This document shows positions 1 through 10,419 of a stretch of 64,000 bases of DNA, piece by piece. How positions within the stretch are numbered: position 1 is the first letter of the stretch; every line of letters begins with the position of its first letter. The notes beneath the pieces were generated by a model. It searched no databases, was not told the origin of the DNA, and was given only the letters and a program-made list of their open reading frames with translations. The position numbers and the translations under genes are program-made. Location: positions 1 to 64,000 of the IMG/VR virus record IMGVR_UViG_3300024308_000302, one strand, 5' to 3'.

Positions 1-282
1 TTATGATTTTTTAAGCCGATTGATAAACTCATTTTGGTTATCCATGACATAGGCATAAACCATAGAATAAATAATGACAGGTGAATGAACAGATTCGAAT
101 TTGTCTTTGTTAAATTTAACACGGGAGTCAAACATACTGTGAATATCTGAAGCTCCAAGGACACTACTCTCAGGAATGGAAATCCCCCTTTCAACTACTT
201 CAACCATTTGAAGATCTACTTTACGACGAATAGGACGGGGAATCATCTGGATAAAAGCTATACAAAAATCAACAGTCAGCAT
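1..282 (-). CDS. hypothetical protein
   Basis: ORF with GAGG SD; promoter TTGATT-17-TATAAT at about 334-362. Confidence 0.75.
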   Translation of the reverse strand: MLTVDFCIAFIQMIPRPIRRKVDLQMVEVVERGISIPESSVLGASDIHSMFDSRVKFNKDKFESVHSPVIIYSMVYAYVMDNQNEFINRLKKS

Positions 283-369
283 ATTGAGCCTCTATGATTT
301 GGTGTAAAAAGGTTTTTGAAACTTATGACGTATTATAATACTAAATTAATAAAAAATCAAGAAACAAAA

Positions 370-385
370 AAGGGCCGAAGCCCTT
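370..385 (-). terminator. Rho-independent terminator, cUUCGg loop (representative of the GGGCCGAAGCCC family, repeated many times)
   Basis: minus strand AAGGGCTTCGGCCCTT followed by a U-tract that abuts the next -35 box. Confidence 0.9.
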
Positions 386-398
386 AATCTGAATGTAG

Positions 399-704
399 TT
401 AGAAACTCAGGATGTGCCCGAAAATTTCAATTTTGTAAATGTTAGGGTCATTCTTATCATAAATTGCATTGTCATTACGAACATACTTTTTCAAAGAAGC
501 ATCATATTCGTAATAGACAGAAGTTTTTTCCTCGGCGTCTATAATCAATTTAGGGCTACGTTTATATGTGATAAGATACAAGTATCTAAAACCTTTATAA
601 ACATTATAGAACGTACCCAAAACAGTCAGCAGTGTTATGAAGCCAAAGAAAACAGTAAGGAAAATGGTCGGATAAGCAAAAAGATCCATAATGTTATAAT
701 CCAT
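399..704 (-). CDS. hypothetical membrane protein
   Basis: one hydrophobic segment; start placed at MDYNIM after a GAGG SD. Confidence 0.7.
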   Translation of the reverse strand: MDYNIMDLFAYPTIFLTVFFGFITLLTVLGTFYNVYKGFRYLYLITYKRSPKLIIDAEEKTSVYYEYDASLKKYVRNDNAIYDKNDPNIYKIEIFGHILSF

Positions 705-866
705 TTTAAATGCCTCTATCAAGTTAGCAATTCAATACGTGGATTATAATACTATCAAAGAATAAAATCAAGTTTTTTTAGGTTACAAGAGAGCATGATG
801 AAAAAATATTAATTTATTATGGGCATAAAAAAGGGGCCGAAGCCCCATGGTAAAAGTAAGTTTATG

Positions 867-1181
867 TTACAGGGATGAAATGTCAGGGCAACGGTCTTTG
901 AAAAGCTGCCAGAGTTCATTGTCAACTTTGTATGCCAAAGTAAGCTGGGATGCCAAAGTTTTTTCGTCAACAATGGAATTGATAGCGTGAATGATGAAAA
1001 CCTTACGTTCCCCTTTGTAAACAATCATAGCTTCTTCGTCACTGGTGAAGTGAGCACCAGCAAGGAAGTCATCAAAAAGATTGGTTTGCATTTGCTCATA
1101 GAGAGCAAGTCCACGAACATGGTCAACAGCAAGGCAGTTTTCTACGGACACAAAAGTAGGGACAGAAATCTTAACAGTCAT
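867..1181 (-). CDS. hypothetical protein (KVDxELW C-terminal motif family)
   Basis: start moved to MTVKIS (AAGGTG SD); C-terminus KVDNELWQLF resembles the 1851 and 7696 ORFs. Confidence 0.7.
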   Translation of the reverse strand: MTVKISVPTFVSVENCLAVDHVRGLALYEQMQTNLFDDFLAGAHFTSDEEAMIVYKGERKVFIIHAINSIVDEKTLASQLTLAYKVDNELWQLFKDRCPDISSL

Positions 1182-1409
1182 TAGAATCACCTTGTTGTGT
1201 GAGAAGAACAGTAGTATATCAAAAAAAAGTGAAAGGGTAAAGAGAATAATTTGATAAACCCACGACAGCCATCCAGATGGATTTTTAATACCTAAAATAA
1301 AATCAAAATACAAACATTATAATAAAAATAGATTATGGCTTGTAAATAACAAAAAAGAACTATATGTATTATAGTGCTGTCAAAAAATACGGGGTTTTAT
1401 AAAACAAAA

Positions 1410-1427
1410 AAGCCTCCGAAGAGGCTT
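1410..1427 (-). terminator. Rho-independent terminator (AAGCCTCCGAAGAGGCTT family)
   Basis: hairpin with UUCG loop plus U-tract; near-identical copies at about 5030, 11235 and 11752. Confidence 0.85.
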
Positions 1428-1446
1428 GTAGAAGATAGTAAAAGTG

Positions 1447-1713
1447 TTAAGCGGCCAGAGTTTGTTGACGCATCAGTTTGGTAGTCTGGATTTTACCAGA
1501 GCGAGTCAGAGATACGCGGGTATCAAAAAGGTCTTTGCTACGAGCAATCAGACCTTTGCCAATCATGTTATTGATGACAGCACTAACCTGATTCGACTTG
1601 ATGGTAGCTGGGCCAACAGAAAGAACGTTTTGTGGAATGCTTTGACCAACACCGTAGTTCTGGATGTTTTGCAGAACAGCTTGTTCAAGAGCGGTGATGA
1701 TGAGCTTAGCCAT
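1447..1713 (-). CDS. winged-helix (MarR-like) DNA-binding protein, paralog 1
   Basis: start at MAKLII; IKSNQVSAVINNMIGKGL helix and wing pattern VSLTRSG; near-identical to 2598-2873. Confidence 0.6.
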   Translation of the reverse strand: MAKLIITALEQAVLQNIQNYGVGQSIPQNVLSVGPATIKSNQVSAVINNMIGKGLIARSKDLFDTRVSLTRSGKIQTTKLMRQQTLAA

Positions 1714-1732
1714 TTCGATAATCCTTGTGTTG

Positions 1733-1770
1733 TCTCGTTTTGATGGGATAAGTATAGCAAAAATGAGTTT
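1733..1770 (-). promoter_or_regulatory. sigma70 promoter followed by the conserved start motif CATCAAAACGAGA
   Basis: TTGACC-17-TATACT then the motif; motif recurs at about 15 promoters. Confidence 0.8.
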
Positions 1771-1850
1771 TTTGGTCAAGACTTTATTTTAACTATAAAA
1801 AAAGGGAGCCTAAGCCCCCTATCTAATTGCAAGTGATGATTTAACCAGGT

Positions 1851-2135
1851 TTAAAGGTCATGTGGGTATTTTTTCACAAACTCAGCCCAAAGCTCTTTAT
1901 CGACCTTGTAGGTGCTGGAAAGGCCACCTTCCGGTTTAATGCCATCATAGTGGTTGACCAAGAGGTAACGAGTTTCATCTTTCAGATAATTGCCTTTGCG
2001 GTCACCAGAGAAGCGAGCATTTCGAGTAATCTCAAGAAAAGCGTTGCTTCGAATACGGTCTTCAATACGGAAGTATTCACGCCGAGTGATAACTTGAAGG
2101 TTATCTTGATTAAATTCAGTAATGAGTTCAGACAT
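1851..2135 (-). CDS. hypothetical protein (KVDxELW family)
   Basis: ORF between promoter and terminator; KVDKELWAEF C-terminus. Confidence 0.75.
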   Translation of the reverse strand: MSELITEFNQDNLQVITRREYFRIEDRIRSNAFLEITRNARFSGDRKGNYLKDETRYLLVNHYDGIKPEGGLSSTYKVDKELWAEFVKKYPHDL

Positions 2136-2233
2136 AATAGAATCCTTGAAATAGTTGAATATCTGGAAGCAATTCTAACAAAAATCAATTCAAAAATAAA
2201 GTTATAAAAGAAGATTAATGGTAAAAATAGTTA

Positions 2234-2500
2234 TTAACCGCAGCCGCAAGGGCAAGTCCAGATAGTCAATCCATGAGGACAAAAACCATTACTTTCGTTT
2301 TCATCGTCCATGTCAGAAATTTCATCAGGAGAAAGATATCCATATTTTTCACGGGCATATTCAAAAGCTTCTGGAACAACTTTTGGATCAAAGTGTTCAT
2401 CCATAAGAGAAGAGAAGCCTTTGATCAACATGAATTCGTAAGTAGTGTATTGTTTACAGGCTTGGTTGAATAGGTCATCAACAACAAAATGGAATGACAT
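2234..2500 (-). CDS. hypothetical protein with Cys/His-rich C-terminus
   Basis: CPHG...CPCGCG putative metal-binding tail. Confidence 0.75.
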   Translation of the reverse strand: MSFHFVVDDLFNQACKQYTTYEFMLIKGFSSLMDEHFDPKVVPEAFEYAREKYGYLSPDEISDMDDENESNGFCPHGLTIWTCPCGCG

Positions 2501-2597
2501 AAAAGAGATCCTTAAAGAAGAATAGAGAAATTATAGCAATAAAGTATATAAAAAACAACAAAAAAGGGGCCGAAGCCCCTGAGACAAGATTTAAGTA

Positions 2598-2873
2598 TTA
2601 AGCAGCAATTTGCTCGATAGTCGAAGAACGCATCAGTTTGGTGGTCTGGATTTTACCAGAGCGGGTAAGAGAGACAGTGTTACCGAAAAGGTCTTTGGTA
2701 CGCTCAAGCAGACCTTTACCAATCATGTTGTTGACAACAGCACCAACTTGGTTGGATTTGATTTTGGAAGGGCCAGTGGAAAGGAAGTTCTGAGGAATGA
2801 CTTGACCTACACCGTAGTTCTGAATATTTTTCAAAACAGCTTGTTCGAGAGCGGTGATGATGAGTTTAGCCAT
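2598..2873 (-). CDS. winged-helix (MarR-like) protein, paralog 2
   Basis: near-duplicate of 1447-1713, including promoter and leader. Confidence 0.6.
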   Translation of the reverse strand: MAKLIITALEQAVLKNIQNYGVGQVIPQNFLSTGPSKIKSNQVGAVVNNMIGKGLLERTKDLFGNTVSLTRSGKIQTTKLMRSSTIEQIAA

Positions 2874-2998
2874 TTCGAGAGTCCTTATGTTATCTCGTTT
2901 TGATGGGATAAGTATAACAAAAATGAGTTTTTTGGTCAACAACTTTATCAAGAAAAACAAAAAAGCCTCGGGAAAGAGGCTTTAAAATGGATAGTTCT

Positions 2999-3439
2999 TT
3001 AATCTTTTAATGTGATAACAGGGCCTAAAGATACATCAACACGGCCAGCACCCTGAGTCACTTCCTGATAGCGAGAGTTGCCCAGTTCACGAAGTTCTTT
3101 CCAGTAGGGTTCCCAAGGTCCAGTAATCAGGATAGTTCTACATCCACCACTTTTGGTAATACGGTGATATTCGTTTTTAGGGATATAGATGATTCTGCTA
3201 CGATTGCGATCAAGAGCAACAACTTTGCCATCTTGGATAACTTCTTCGATATAATTACCAGAAATCAAAAAACTGAGGGCACCAAAGGAATGTGTATGGA
3301 ATCGATCTTGCTTTCCATCTGTTTTGTGAAAGTTGAATATTTTAATACTAAAGAGTTTTTTCCATTCAAGTACAGTTATTTCTGAAACATTTTGATCGCC
3401 TAACTGAATAGATTTCTTTTTCCAAAATATAATAGACAT
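2999..3439 (-). CDS. cupin-fold protein
   Basis: FHTH...GNYIEE...HRI cupin metal motifs. Confidence 0.65.
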   Translation of the reverse strand: MSIIFWKKKSIQLGDQNVSEITVLEWKKLFSIKIFNFHKTDGKQDRFHTHSFGALSFLISGNYIEEVIQDGKVVALDRNRSRIIYIPKNEYHRITKSGGCRTILITGPWEPYWKELRELGNSRYQEVTQGAGRVDVSLGPVITLKD

Positions 3440-3471
3440 AAAGAAACTCCAAGTATAATGTAATGATTTAC

Positions 3472-3888
3472 TTACTTTAAAGAACCATAAAGAGAAGCAA
3501 TACGAGAATGATGTTGCTCAGAAACATTTAAAGTAAGTTGAATATAACCAGATAAGAAAGAAGTATCATCGTCATCATCTGGTTCAGAAACCTGTTTACT
3601 GCAAACAGAAACATTAGGGTCTAGAGTAAAACCATATGACTCGAACATTCGAATTACACCAGTTTCTGAAATACCCATAACATCTCTAAAAGCATTACCA
3701 CTTGGCCACCACCAAATAATATCAGTAACAATGGAGCCAGAAATAACATCTAATGCTTTTTGAGACGCCTTAGAATCAGTTGGATCTCTTGTTTGGTCAA
3801 TAACAGCAATAGAGCCATCATTTAATAAAAGACCAATTTTTGGAAGAAGATTTTTCTTAGTAGAGTATAAAAATGTCAAAGTAGTCAT
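3472..3888 (-). CDS. hypothetical protein
   Basis: ORF with SD and promoter. Confidence 0.75.
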   Translation of the reverse strand: MTTLTFLYSTKKNLLPKIGLLLNDGSIAVIDQTRDPTDSKASQKALDVISGSIVTDIIWWWPSGNAFRDVMGISETGVIRMFESYGFTLDPNVSVCSKQVSEPDDDDDTSFLSGYIQLTLNVSEQHHSRIASLYGSLK

Positions 3889-3993
3889 AGATATTTATCC
3901 TTTAGAGTAATATATGAAAATTATTATAACAAAAAAAACAATATAAAAACAATAAAAAAAAGACCTATGAATAGGTCTTAAATACTCTAAATA

Positions 3994-4440
3994 TCAGCAA
4001 GAATCGCCCTGTGGGCCATCAGGGTGACTGGAGTAGACATAACCTTTAGCCAAACCTTGATTAGTAATTTCAGCAAAATAAGCATCAGCTTCATCAAAAT
4101 CCATATCGTCCATTTCATCTTGCGAAGGAACTGGTTTACCTAACAGAGACATAAAGAACTGATTAAAAATCTGTTTTTGAATAAAGGAAATGAGACATGC
4201 AGAGTAAATTACATCAGGAGCTTTTCCCAAGGAGTAAAGTTCAGGATTATTGAAATCAACCAACAAAATATTATTATTGTTTGGAACAAACAAACCAGAA
4301 AGAGCACCATCATTGACGGCATCAAGAAGTGCAGGATTTTCAGAAAGAACATCAATCATTTGAGATTGAGTAAGAAAGAAATTAGTATCACCACTGATCA
4401 ATTTGCAAACTTTGGTGATTTCATTCTGATTAATGTTCAT
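3994..4440 (-). CDS. hypothetical protein, paralog of 19392-19706
   Basis: start at MNINQ (AAGGA SD); shared Q.Q.I..L...P.LL..V..G and LG.P.PS..E.DDMD motifs. Confidence 0.75.
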   Translation of the reverse strand: MNINQNEITKVCKLISGDTNFFLTQSQMIDVLSENPALLDAVNDGALSGLFVPNNNNILLVDFNNPELYSLGKAPDVIYSACLISFIQKQIFNQFFMSLLGKPVPSQDEMDDMDFDEADAYFAEITNQGLAKGYVYSSHPDGPQGDSC

Positions 4441-4530
4441 AAAATATCCTTTTGGTTGATGAGGCAATTATACACTAAACGATTAGAAAAGAAAAGAAAA
4501 AGGGGCCAACAAGGCCCCTAATGGTAAAAA

Positions 4531-4920
4531 TTACTGCCAAAGCTGATGGAAAGCTACCAGCCATGTTTTTAAATTTTCAATTTCAACATCGACTTTATCA
4601 AGAGCATATTGTGGTGCATTTAGCTGACGAAGATGTTCTTTATCACTCAACAGGTTTGCTTTTGCTGCATGATAAGCATAAGACAAAGTGTTAAGTTGCT
4701 CAGAAGTAGGTTTGTGACCAGCATTAGGATGCTCAACAGAAAGACAATAATTAGAGAGCAAACCTTTAAAAGATTCTTCAAGCTGAATATTCTTCTGAAT
4801 CCACTGGGGGTCTTTTACTCCAATAAAATGAACAATACTGGAGTGGTTAGCATTTACTTGGTGATGAAGGGTAGATTGAAGTTCTAACAGTTTTTTATAA
4901 TGATTCATGGCTATATCCAC
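4531..4920 (-). CDS. hypothetical protein
   Basis: ORF in cassette. Confidence 0.7.
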   Translation of the reverse strand: MDIAMNHYKKLLELQSTLHHQVNANHSSIVHFIGVKDPQWIQKNIQLEESFKGLLSNYCLSVEHPNAGHKPTSEQLNTLSYAYHAAKANLLSDKEHLRQLNAPQYALDKVDVEIENLKTWLVAFHQLWQ

Positions 4921-5061
4921 CTAATTAAGAAGAGATTTGAATACTGGCAAGTGTAGTCGCCAAGTTTTGATGGGATTATAATACCAAAAATTAGATTTAT
5001 AAGCAAGCAAAATCATTGAAAATAAAAAAGCCTCCGAAGAGGCTTTAACAAATCAGTGATT

Positions 5062-5544
5062 TTAGTTAAAAATTTTGTTGATTACTTCGTCATAGCGATT
5101 TTTTACTGCAGTAGCCGCTGCTGCATAATAGTGTACATTTCCCCGGCTTTTTTCGAGTTCAACCATTAAATCAGACATGGAAATGTTTTGAGTTGGAACT
5201 TTGGATAAATATCGATTTTCAAGTGCTTGCATAGAGTTGTTGAGAGCTTTATCAAGACTGGCCAAAATAACATCACGGTCACGAACGGGGTGAAGAATGA
5301 AGTTAGGATTAAGACCAATGCAAACACCACTCTCCTGTTCGTAAATATCATCTTTCTCAACTTGACTGGCTGAGTGAACATCAGAAATATTGATATTAGG
5401 ACGAATACTGAAATGTTGAGAATCAGCTTGCAAGACAACACCAGTCACCGAATTCAAGAATATTGCATGATGATTGGGGTGATCCCAAAGTTCGATATTA
5501 CGAAGGTTTACGATTTTATCACCGATATTGAACTGATGAGACAT
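5062..5544 (-). CDS. hypothetical protein, paralog of 15825-16328
   Basis: shared N-terminus F/Y-N-I/V-GDK-I/V-x-x-L-x-N-x-x-LWD. Confidence 0.75.
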   Translation of the reverse strand: MSHQFNIGDKIVNLRNIELWDHPNHHAIFLNSVTGVVLQADSQHFSIRPNINISDVHSASQVEKDDIYEQESGVCIGLNPNFILHPVRDRDVILASLDKALNNSMQALENRYLSKVPTQNISMSDLMVELEKSRGNVHYYAAAATAVKNRYDEVINKIFN

Positions 5545-5638
5545 TATGAAGCTCCGTTAAAAGATGACTTATTATAATACTAAATCAAAAAATATACAAC
5601 AAAAAAAGAGGCCGAAGCCTCTCTTTTATAAAAAATAT

Positions 5639-5914
5639 TTAAGCCAAAACAACTTTTTTGAATTCATGATTTACATGCATAAGCCCCTCAAGGCACTCTT
5701 GAGAAATTTTATGAGTGATACAAAGAGCTTCAATTTCAGAATCAATTTCATTTTGAACCTTAATGAAATCTTCTGCTGGAACATGTTCTGTGGATTCAAA
5801 AAGGGTATCGAATGCCTGAATAGATTCTACCAGTGGAGCACTTGAGATGTTATAAAAGAATTGAAGTGCTTTAGCTTCGTTAACAAGGCTTTCTTGGCGG
5901 TCTTGAATATTCAT
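5639..5914 (-). CDS. hypothetical acidic protein
   Basis: ORF in cassette with GGAG SD. Confidence 0.75.
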   Translation of the reverse strand: MNIQDRQESLVNEAKALQFFYNISSAPLVESIQAFDTLFESTEHVPAEDFIKVQNEIDSEIEALCITHKISQECLEGLMHVNHEFKKVVLA

Positions 5915-5997
5915 CGAAACACTCCTTTATTAAGTGATGGCATTATAACACTGAATAAAGAGAGATACAAGAAAAAGGGGCCGAAGCCCCAAAATAT

Positions 5998-6384
5998 TTA
6001 TTTTCGAAGATGTTCCCAATCACTTTTTTTCATTGATGCAGGATATTTCAGGAATGTGATGCCAAACAGTTTATGTGAGACACGTTTTTTAACTGTAGAA
6101 TCAAGAATAACGCCATCACGTTCACGAAATCTACCAACCCAAGTAGTTTTCCTACTGTAGATTTGACCAAAAGGTTTAATGAACAAGAACCAAGGAGTTT
6201 TAATAATCATAACAACAAAAGTCCAAGGAATCATATAGATAGATTTCCATGGAGAAAACATTTTAATAAGTCCCAAAATATTAAGAACAGTTCGCCAAAG
6301 AGTAAAAGTTACTTTCCAATAAGCAATAAAGCCAGCATTCGTATTTAAAAGTTTATGGTTAATATCATAAGTAACTTGTTTCAT
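5998..6384 (-). CDS. hypothetical membrane protein
   Basis: two hydrophobic segments. Confidence 0.7.
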   Translation of the reverse strand: MKQVTYDINHKLLNTNAGFIAYWKVTFTLWRTVLNILGLIKMFSPWKSIYMIPWTFVVMIIKTPWFLFIKPFGQIYSRKTTWVGRFRERDGVILDSTVKKRVSHKLFGITFLKYPASMKKSDWEHLRK

Positions 6385-6436
6385 GAATAATCCTCAAAAG
6401 TAAAAAAGCAAAGAGGGACCGAAGTCCCTTTACTAA

Positions 6437-6820
6437 TTAAGCTGAAATTACAAAACACCGATTAAGAATTGGTGTTGGAACTTTACTACCAGTAACACCA
6501 TGTAAGTCATCAACAGAAAAGAGCAACTTACATTTGTTATCAAACATGAGTCGCATCAAAATATTAATATCATTTGGTTCAAAATGCTGAATATTATTTG
6601 CCAAGACTACTGTATTCTCAGAAGTGGCAGTTTTATCAAGGAGAAGATTGAACATAGGAAGTCCAACTTGATTCTCTTTAAGTGGGTCTTGTTCAAAAGT
6701 ATGAACAGTCATACCTTTTCGGGTATAGTGTTCACGAATTTGATTTTGTTTGTCAACTGCAAGTGGGAAGCTGAAAAACAGAGGCATGGATACAGAATCA
6801 AGAATATTAAGGCTTTCCAT
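6437..6820 (-). CDS. hypothetical protein resembling a degenerate AAA+ C-terminal half
   Basis: start at MESLN; PTPILNRCFVI resembles the AAA+ second region of homology; no Walker A. Confidence 0.5.
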   Translation of the reverse strand: MESLNILDSVSMPLFFSFPLAVDKQNQIREHYTRKGMTVHTFEQDPLKENQVGLPMFNLLLDKTATSENTVVLANNIQHFEPNDINILMRLMFDNKCKLLFSVDDLHGVTGSKVPTPILNRCFVISA

Positions 6821-7067
6821 TGTTGAATCTCCTTGGGTTGATGGGGTAATTATACACAAAAATGAGGTTCATCACAAGCATAAAATGAAAAAAGGGGCCG
6901 AAGCCCCTGTATCAATGCAATTTATTTTTGTATTTGTAATGCCGCTTAAAAGCAAAAAAAATAAGATAACGAGGTATATAAAACGATAAAGTAGCAATTA
7001 TAGTAAAAATAAGATTTGTAGGCAACAAAAAAGCCCGCAAAAGCGAGCTTTATTGAAGATTTATGTA

Positions 7068-7622
7068 TTAGGCAGCATTGTCACTGTCTACCAGATAACG
7101 ATTTGGGATAACATCATCAATAGAAAGTTTCTTGTATTTATGTGTGAACTCACTTTTGGATACTTTGCCACAATCCCAATAAGGGTTACGAGTAATCCAA
7201 TCCATGAAGCTTTTCTTGACTGGTTTTTCAAATGTTTCAACGACCAACTTAAGATAAAAAGTATCTTTATCTTCACCAACAATAACAAGTGGAATATCAA
7301 AAAGTTTGACAGAATCAGCACAGACATCAATAGATACAATGTCACCAACTACGAAATTAGAAGCCTCAATGATTTCATAGAAGCCAGCATATGGATTGCT
7401 GGATGAATTAATCAATTGACGAAGATCGGACTGGTAAAAAGTAATATCAGGCACACCAAGATCTTGAATGCCAACGAAACCAACTTTGTTGTCGGTTTTA
7501 ATCTGGTAATCAGCTTCTGTAACGGAATAGCAAGCTGAATAACCATCTTTAGAGACAATACGAGACATATGGCCATAAGCATCAAGCACCATACGAACGT
7601 TAGCAAGGATCGGTTGAGACAT
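7068..7622 (-). CDS. hypothetical protein
   Basis: start at MSQPIL (AGGA SD). Confidence 0.75.
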   Translation of the reverse strand: MSQPILANVRMVLDAYGHMSRIVSKDGYSACYSVTEADYQIKTDNKVGFVGIQDLGVPDITFYQSDLRQLINSSSNPYAGFYEIIEASNFVVGDIVSIDVCADSVKLFDIPLVIVGEDKDTFYLKLVVETFEKPVKKSFMDWITRNPYWDCGKVSKSEFTHKYKKLSIDDVIPNRYLVDSDNAA

Positions 7623-7695
7623 TATAAAAGTCCTATTCAATAAATGATGGGTTTATTATACATAAAGCCCAATATAAAGGCAACAAAAATGAGAT

Positions 7696-7986
7696 TTATG
7701 GACGAAGTTTAGGTTTTGCACCTTCTGGATCAATACGTTCAAATTCATCCCACAAATCACAATCTACTTTTGGAGCAACGCAACGGCGGTCATTGTATGG
7801 AGGTTGAATCATCATAACTTTCCCATTGGTTTCAAGGCTCAAGAAAGGAGTATCAGTCTGAATTGAATCTTTATTAACAAAAGATGGTAATTTTTGACGG
7901 GCAAGAGCGAGCAAGACAGCATTGAACTGATAAGGATCTACTGTAACCAAGTTTTCAAGCTCATAAACGTCATCAAGATTTTTCAT
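7696..7986 (-). CDS. hypothetical protein (KVDxELW family)
   Basis: KVDCDLWDEF C-terminus. Confidence 0.75.
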   Translation of the reverse strand: MKNLDDVYELENLVTVDPYQFNAVLLALARQKLPSFVNKDSIQTDTPFLSLETNGKVMMIQPPYNDRRCVAPKVDCDLWDEFERIDPEGAKPKLRP

Positions 7987-8065
7987 ATATCACCCCTATC
8001 AAATAAATCTGATTATAACAAAGTAGAGAACGATAAACAATAAAAAAGGGGCCGAAGCCCCAATT

Positions 8066-8746
8066 TCATTGTTTTTGGAAAATTTCCCATTCTTTTTGAA
8101 TGACTGACAATGGAATGTAAGTGGTGTAGAACTTATTTACATCAAAGCCAATCAAGTTATCACCAGAAACAATGCCTGTAGCAATACCGACAATAGAACC
8201 ATCATCAGCGTATACAGGGCCACCAGACATACCACCTACAATATCAGTCTCAGCAAGGTAAACCATGTCATTCTTGACTGTTTTTGCAAACTTACCAGTA
8301 TCTTTACCAGCCAAAACCATAGGCTTGGAAGATTGGGAAATACCAACGAAAGTCACATTTTCAAGTGGTTTAGCATTCCGCCAAACATTCACAGCAACAT
8401 CAGAGTGACGTTTAACAAAACGAATATCTACGTTATTGCTGGAAGCATAAACTGAGTCTTTAACGAAGTCTACATGTTTAGCAGTCACAACATAATCAGA
8501 GTTCCATTGGGCACCAGAACCAAATTCGGAAACGGAATCTTTAAACTTCTTGCCATCTTCTTCAACAATGACAGTAGTTTTCTTTTCAAACACTACAAAA
8601 TGAAGTGGCTTACCAGCCGAACTAATCGCCGCATCTTTTGCAATATTGAAATTGTCACGGTTTGGCGTTGCAACATTGGCTGGCGGGGTGATTGCACAAC
8701 CAACGATGGAGAGAGACAGGGCAAGAACAGCAATCGATTTGAACAT
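8066..8746 (-). CDS. trypsin-like serine protease, lipoprotein
   Basis: lipobox IVGC; VVTAKHV (catalytic His); GGMSGGPV (catalytic Ser). Confidence 0.85.
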   Translation of the reverse strand: MFKSIAVLALSLSIVGCAITPPANVATPNRDNFNIAKDAAISSAGKPLHFVVFEKKTTVIVEEDGKKFKDSVSEFGSGAQWNSDYVVTAKHVDFVKDSVYASSNNVDIRFVKRHSDVAVNVWRNAKPLENVTFVGISQSSKPMVLAGKDTGKFAKTVKNDMVYLAETDIVGGMSGGPVYADDGSIVGIATGIVSGDNLIGFDVNKFYTTYIPLSVIQKEWEIFQKQ

Positions 8747-8852
8747 TTTAGAACCTTGTGTGATTTGATGAGGTGATTATAACAAACTATATAGCGATAA
8801 GCAAGAAAAGCCTCCGGGGAGGCTTATGTTTTTTTGTTTTAGTGATGAAGTG

Positions 8853-9284
8853 TTATACTGGAATTGCAATAGACAATAGGTTAATTGATTCACCATAATA
8901 TAAATTGATATAGTGTGATTTTTTACGAGCCGCAGATAACATCGTTGAAGCTTTTTCAGCAGTGTAACCCATGTCAACAAGAGCCTGAATCAACTCATCA
9001 TTTGGAATAGGATAAACAGTTGTCTCAGAGTCAGAACGAATATAATCACCATCATCATCATTGTAATGCTGGGTAGGGTATTGGTAAGATTCTACACAAT
9101 AAAGAATGATGTATTTTTCTGCAAGTAAATTTTCAATTTTCTTTTGCTTACCAGCAGAAAGATATTTGGTATCAATGTTAGAATCAGGCATCAATTGATG
9201 AAAGCATTTCACCATAACAGTGTCAGAATATGACAAGCCATGGAGTTTTTTGGTGTCATCAGTAGAAACAAATTTGATAGTCAT
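8853..9284 (-). CDS. hypothetical protein
   Basis: ORF in cassette. Confidence 0.75.
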   Translation of the reverse strand: MTIKFVSTDDTKKLHGLSYSDTVMVKCFHQLMPDSNIDTKYLSAGKQKKIENLLAEKYIILYCVESYQYPTQHYNDDDGDYIRSDSETTVYPIPNDELIQALVDMGYTAEKASTMLSAARKKSHYINLYYGESINLLSIAIPV

Positions 9285-9364
9285 ATTTTGTACTCTGTAT
9301 TTGTATGAGCTAATAGTATCAAAAACTGATTAATAACGCAATCAAAAAACAGTTTATAGAAAAA

Positions 9365-9736
9365 TTACTTGTATCGGCCAACAAAGGACTCAAATCCAGA
9401 AATATGATGTGTATTTTTAATATGACTGTAAGAAGAAGATAGGGAAGCTTCAAAAATATCAGAATAGGTTCTTTTGTTGGCATACATTTTAATCAACTTA
9501 GCAACAACTTCAGCATCAGCCTTATCTTCTTCATCAAGTGCGAAGAATACAGCAGCACCAAAATGGCCATTGAATTCCAACGAGTGGGCATACGTCAAAC
9601 CAGAAAGGATCGAATCAAGATCACAACTTCTGCCAGCAAGATTTTCACGATCATCACGATCCGTCAAATAAATGAACTGTTTGATAGTGAGTTCAACACA
9701 GTAGGTAATACGGGCAACTTGAGCAAGAGTGGTCAT
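9365..9736 (-). CDS. hypothetical protein
   Basis: ORF in cassette. Confidence 0.75.
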   Translation of the reverse strand: MTTLAQVARITYCVELTIKQFIYLTDRDDRENLAGRSCDLDSILSGLTYAHSLEFNGHFGAAVFFALDEEDKADAEVVAKLIKMYANKRTYSDIFEASLSSSYSHIKNTHHISGFESFVGRYK

Positions 9737-9792
9737 GAGAGATTCCCTATATAAGATGAGCCATTATAGCAAAAAAAGAAAAAACAGGCAAG

Positions 9793-10404
9793 TTATTCAA
9801 ATATGGAATCAAGATTTTCTCGACCAACAAGAGCATTCTGGAATAACTTTGTTTTTATATTTGACTCATCATTGACCACAACATTAAGTGCCCGAGATAA
9901 ATCACGATTAAGTTTAAAAATTAAAATAACGTCATCAGCAACTTCTATACTAAAACGCTCATGGTCATAAAGAGACATCCGAGAAGTAATCATCATTTTT
10001 TGATGAATATCAGTAAAATGAGTGTTCGTATAATCAAAGTTTGGGAATATAGCTAATACATCTTCTTTAAGTTTAGCAGAACCTTGTGAATTGATAAGTT
10101 TAATTAAACTAAGTATTTGCATATTAACCAAATGAAGTTCTTTTTTATGTTTCATGCAAAAACTAACAATTCGCTCTTTTTTGGTTCCATATTCATAAAA
10201 AGAATCAAACTTTTTAAGATCCCACATTAAATCATATATCTGTGTTTTTACTGTTTGATGAATAAGACTGTCTGATAAAGCAATCGAAGCTTTATCAGAA
10301 ACAGATAATGTATTAGGATCAATATTTTCTAATTGTTCAGGTGATGGTAATTTCTTAGAACGAAATAACCGATAGAGGAATAAAGTAAGTAATCTTTTTA
10401 TCAT
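9793..10404 (-). CDS. hypothetical protein (very AT-rich)
   Basis: 203-aa ORF directly downstream of the phosphoesterase. Confidence 0.75.
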   Translation of the reverse strand: MIKRLLTLFLYRLFRSKKLPSPEQLENIDPNTLSVSDKASIALSDSLIHQTVKTQIYDLMWDLKKFDSFYEYGTKKERIVSFCMKHKKELHLVNMQILSLIKLINSQGSAKLKEDVLAIFPNFDYTNTHFTDIHQKMMITSRMSLYDHERFSIEVADDVILIFKLNRDLSRALNVVVNDESNIKTKLFQNALVGRENLDSIFE

Positions 10405-10419
10405 ATTATAATACTCACT

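Noticed and set aside
1182-1313. 44-aa hydrophobic N-terminal extension of the 867 ORF
   Set aside because: Its TTG start sits at the TSS with no SD; a good SD precedes the ATG at 1181.
1714-1779. N-terminal extensions in the ORF track (SKRDN/SRRD in 1447, 2598, 17966 and 25219)
   Set aside because: They are translations of the promoter and leader motif; the true starts with SDs lie downstream.
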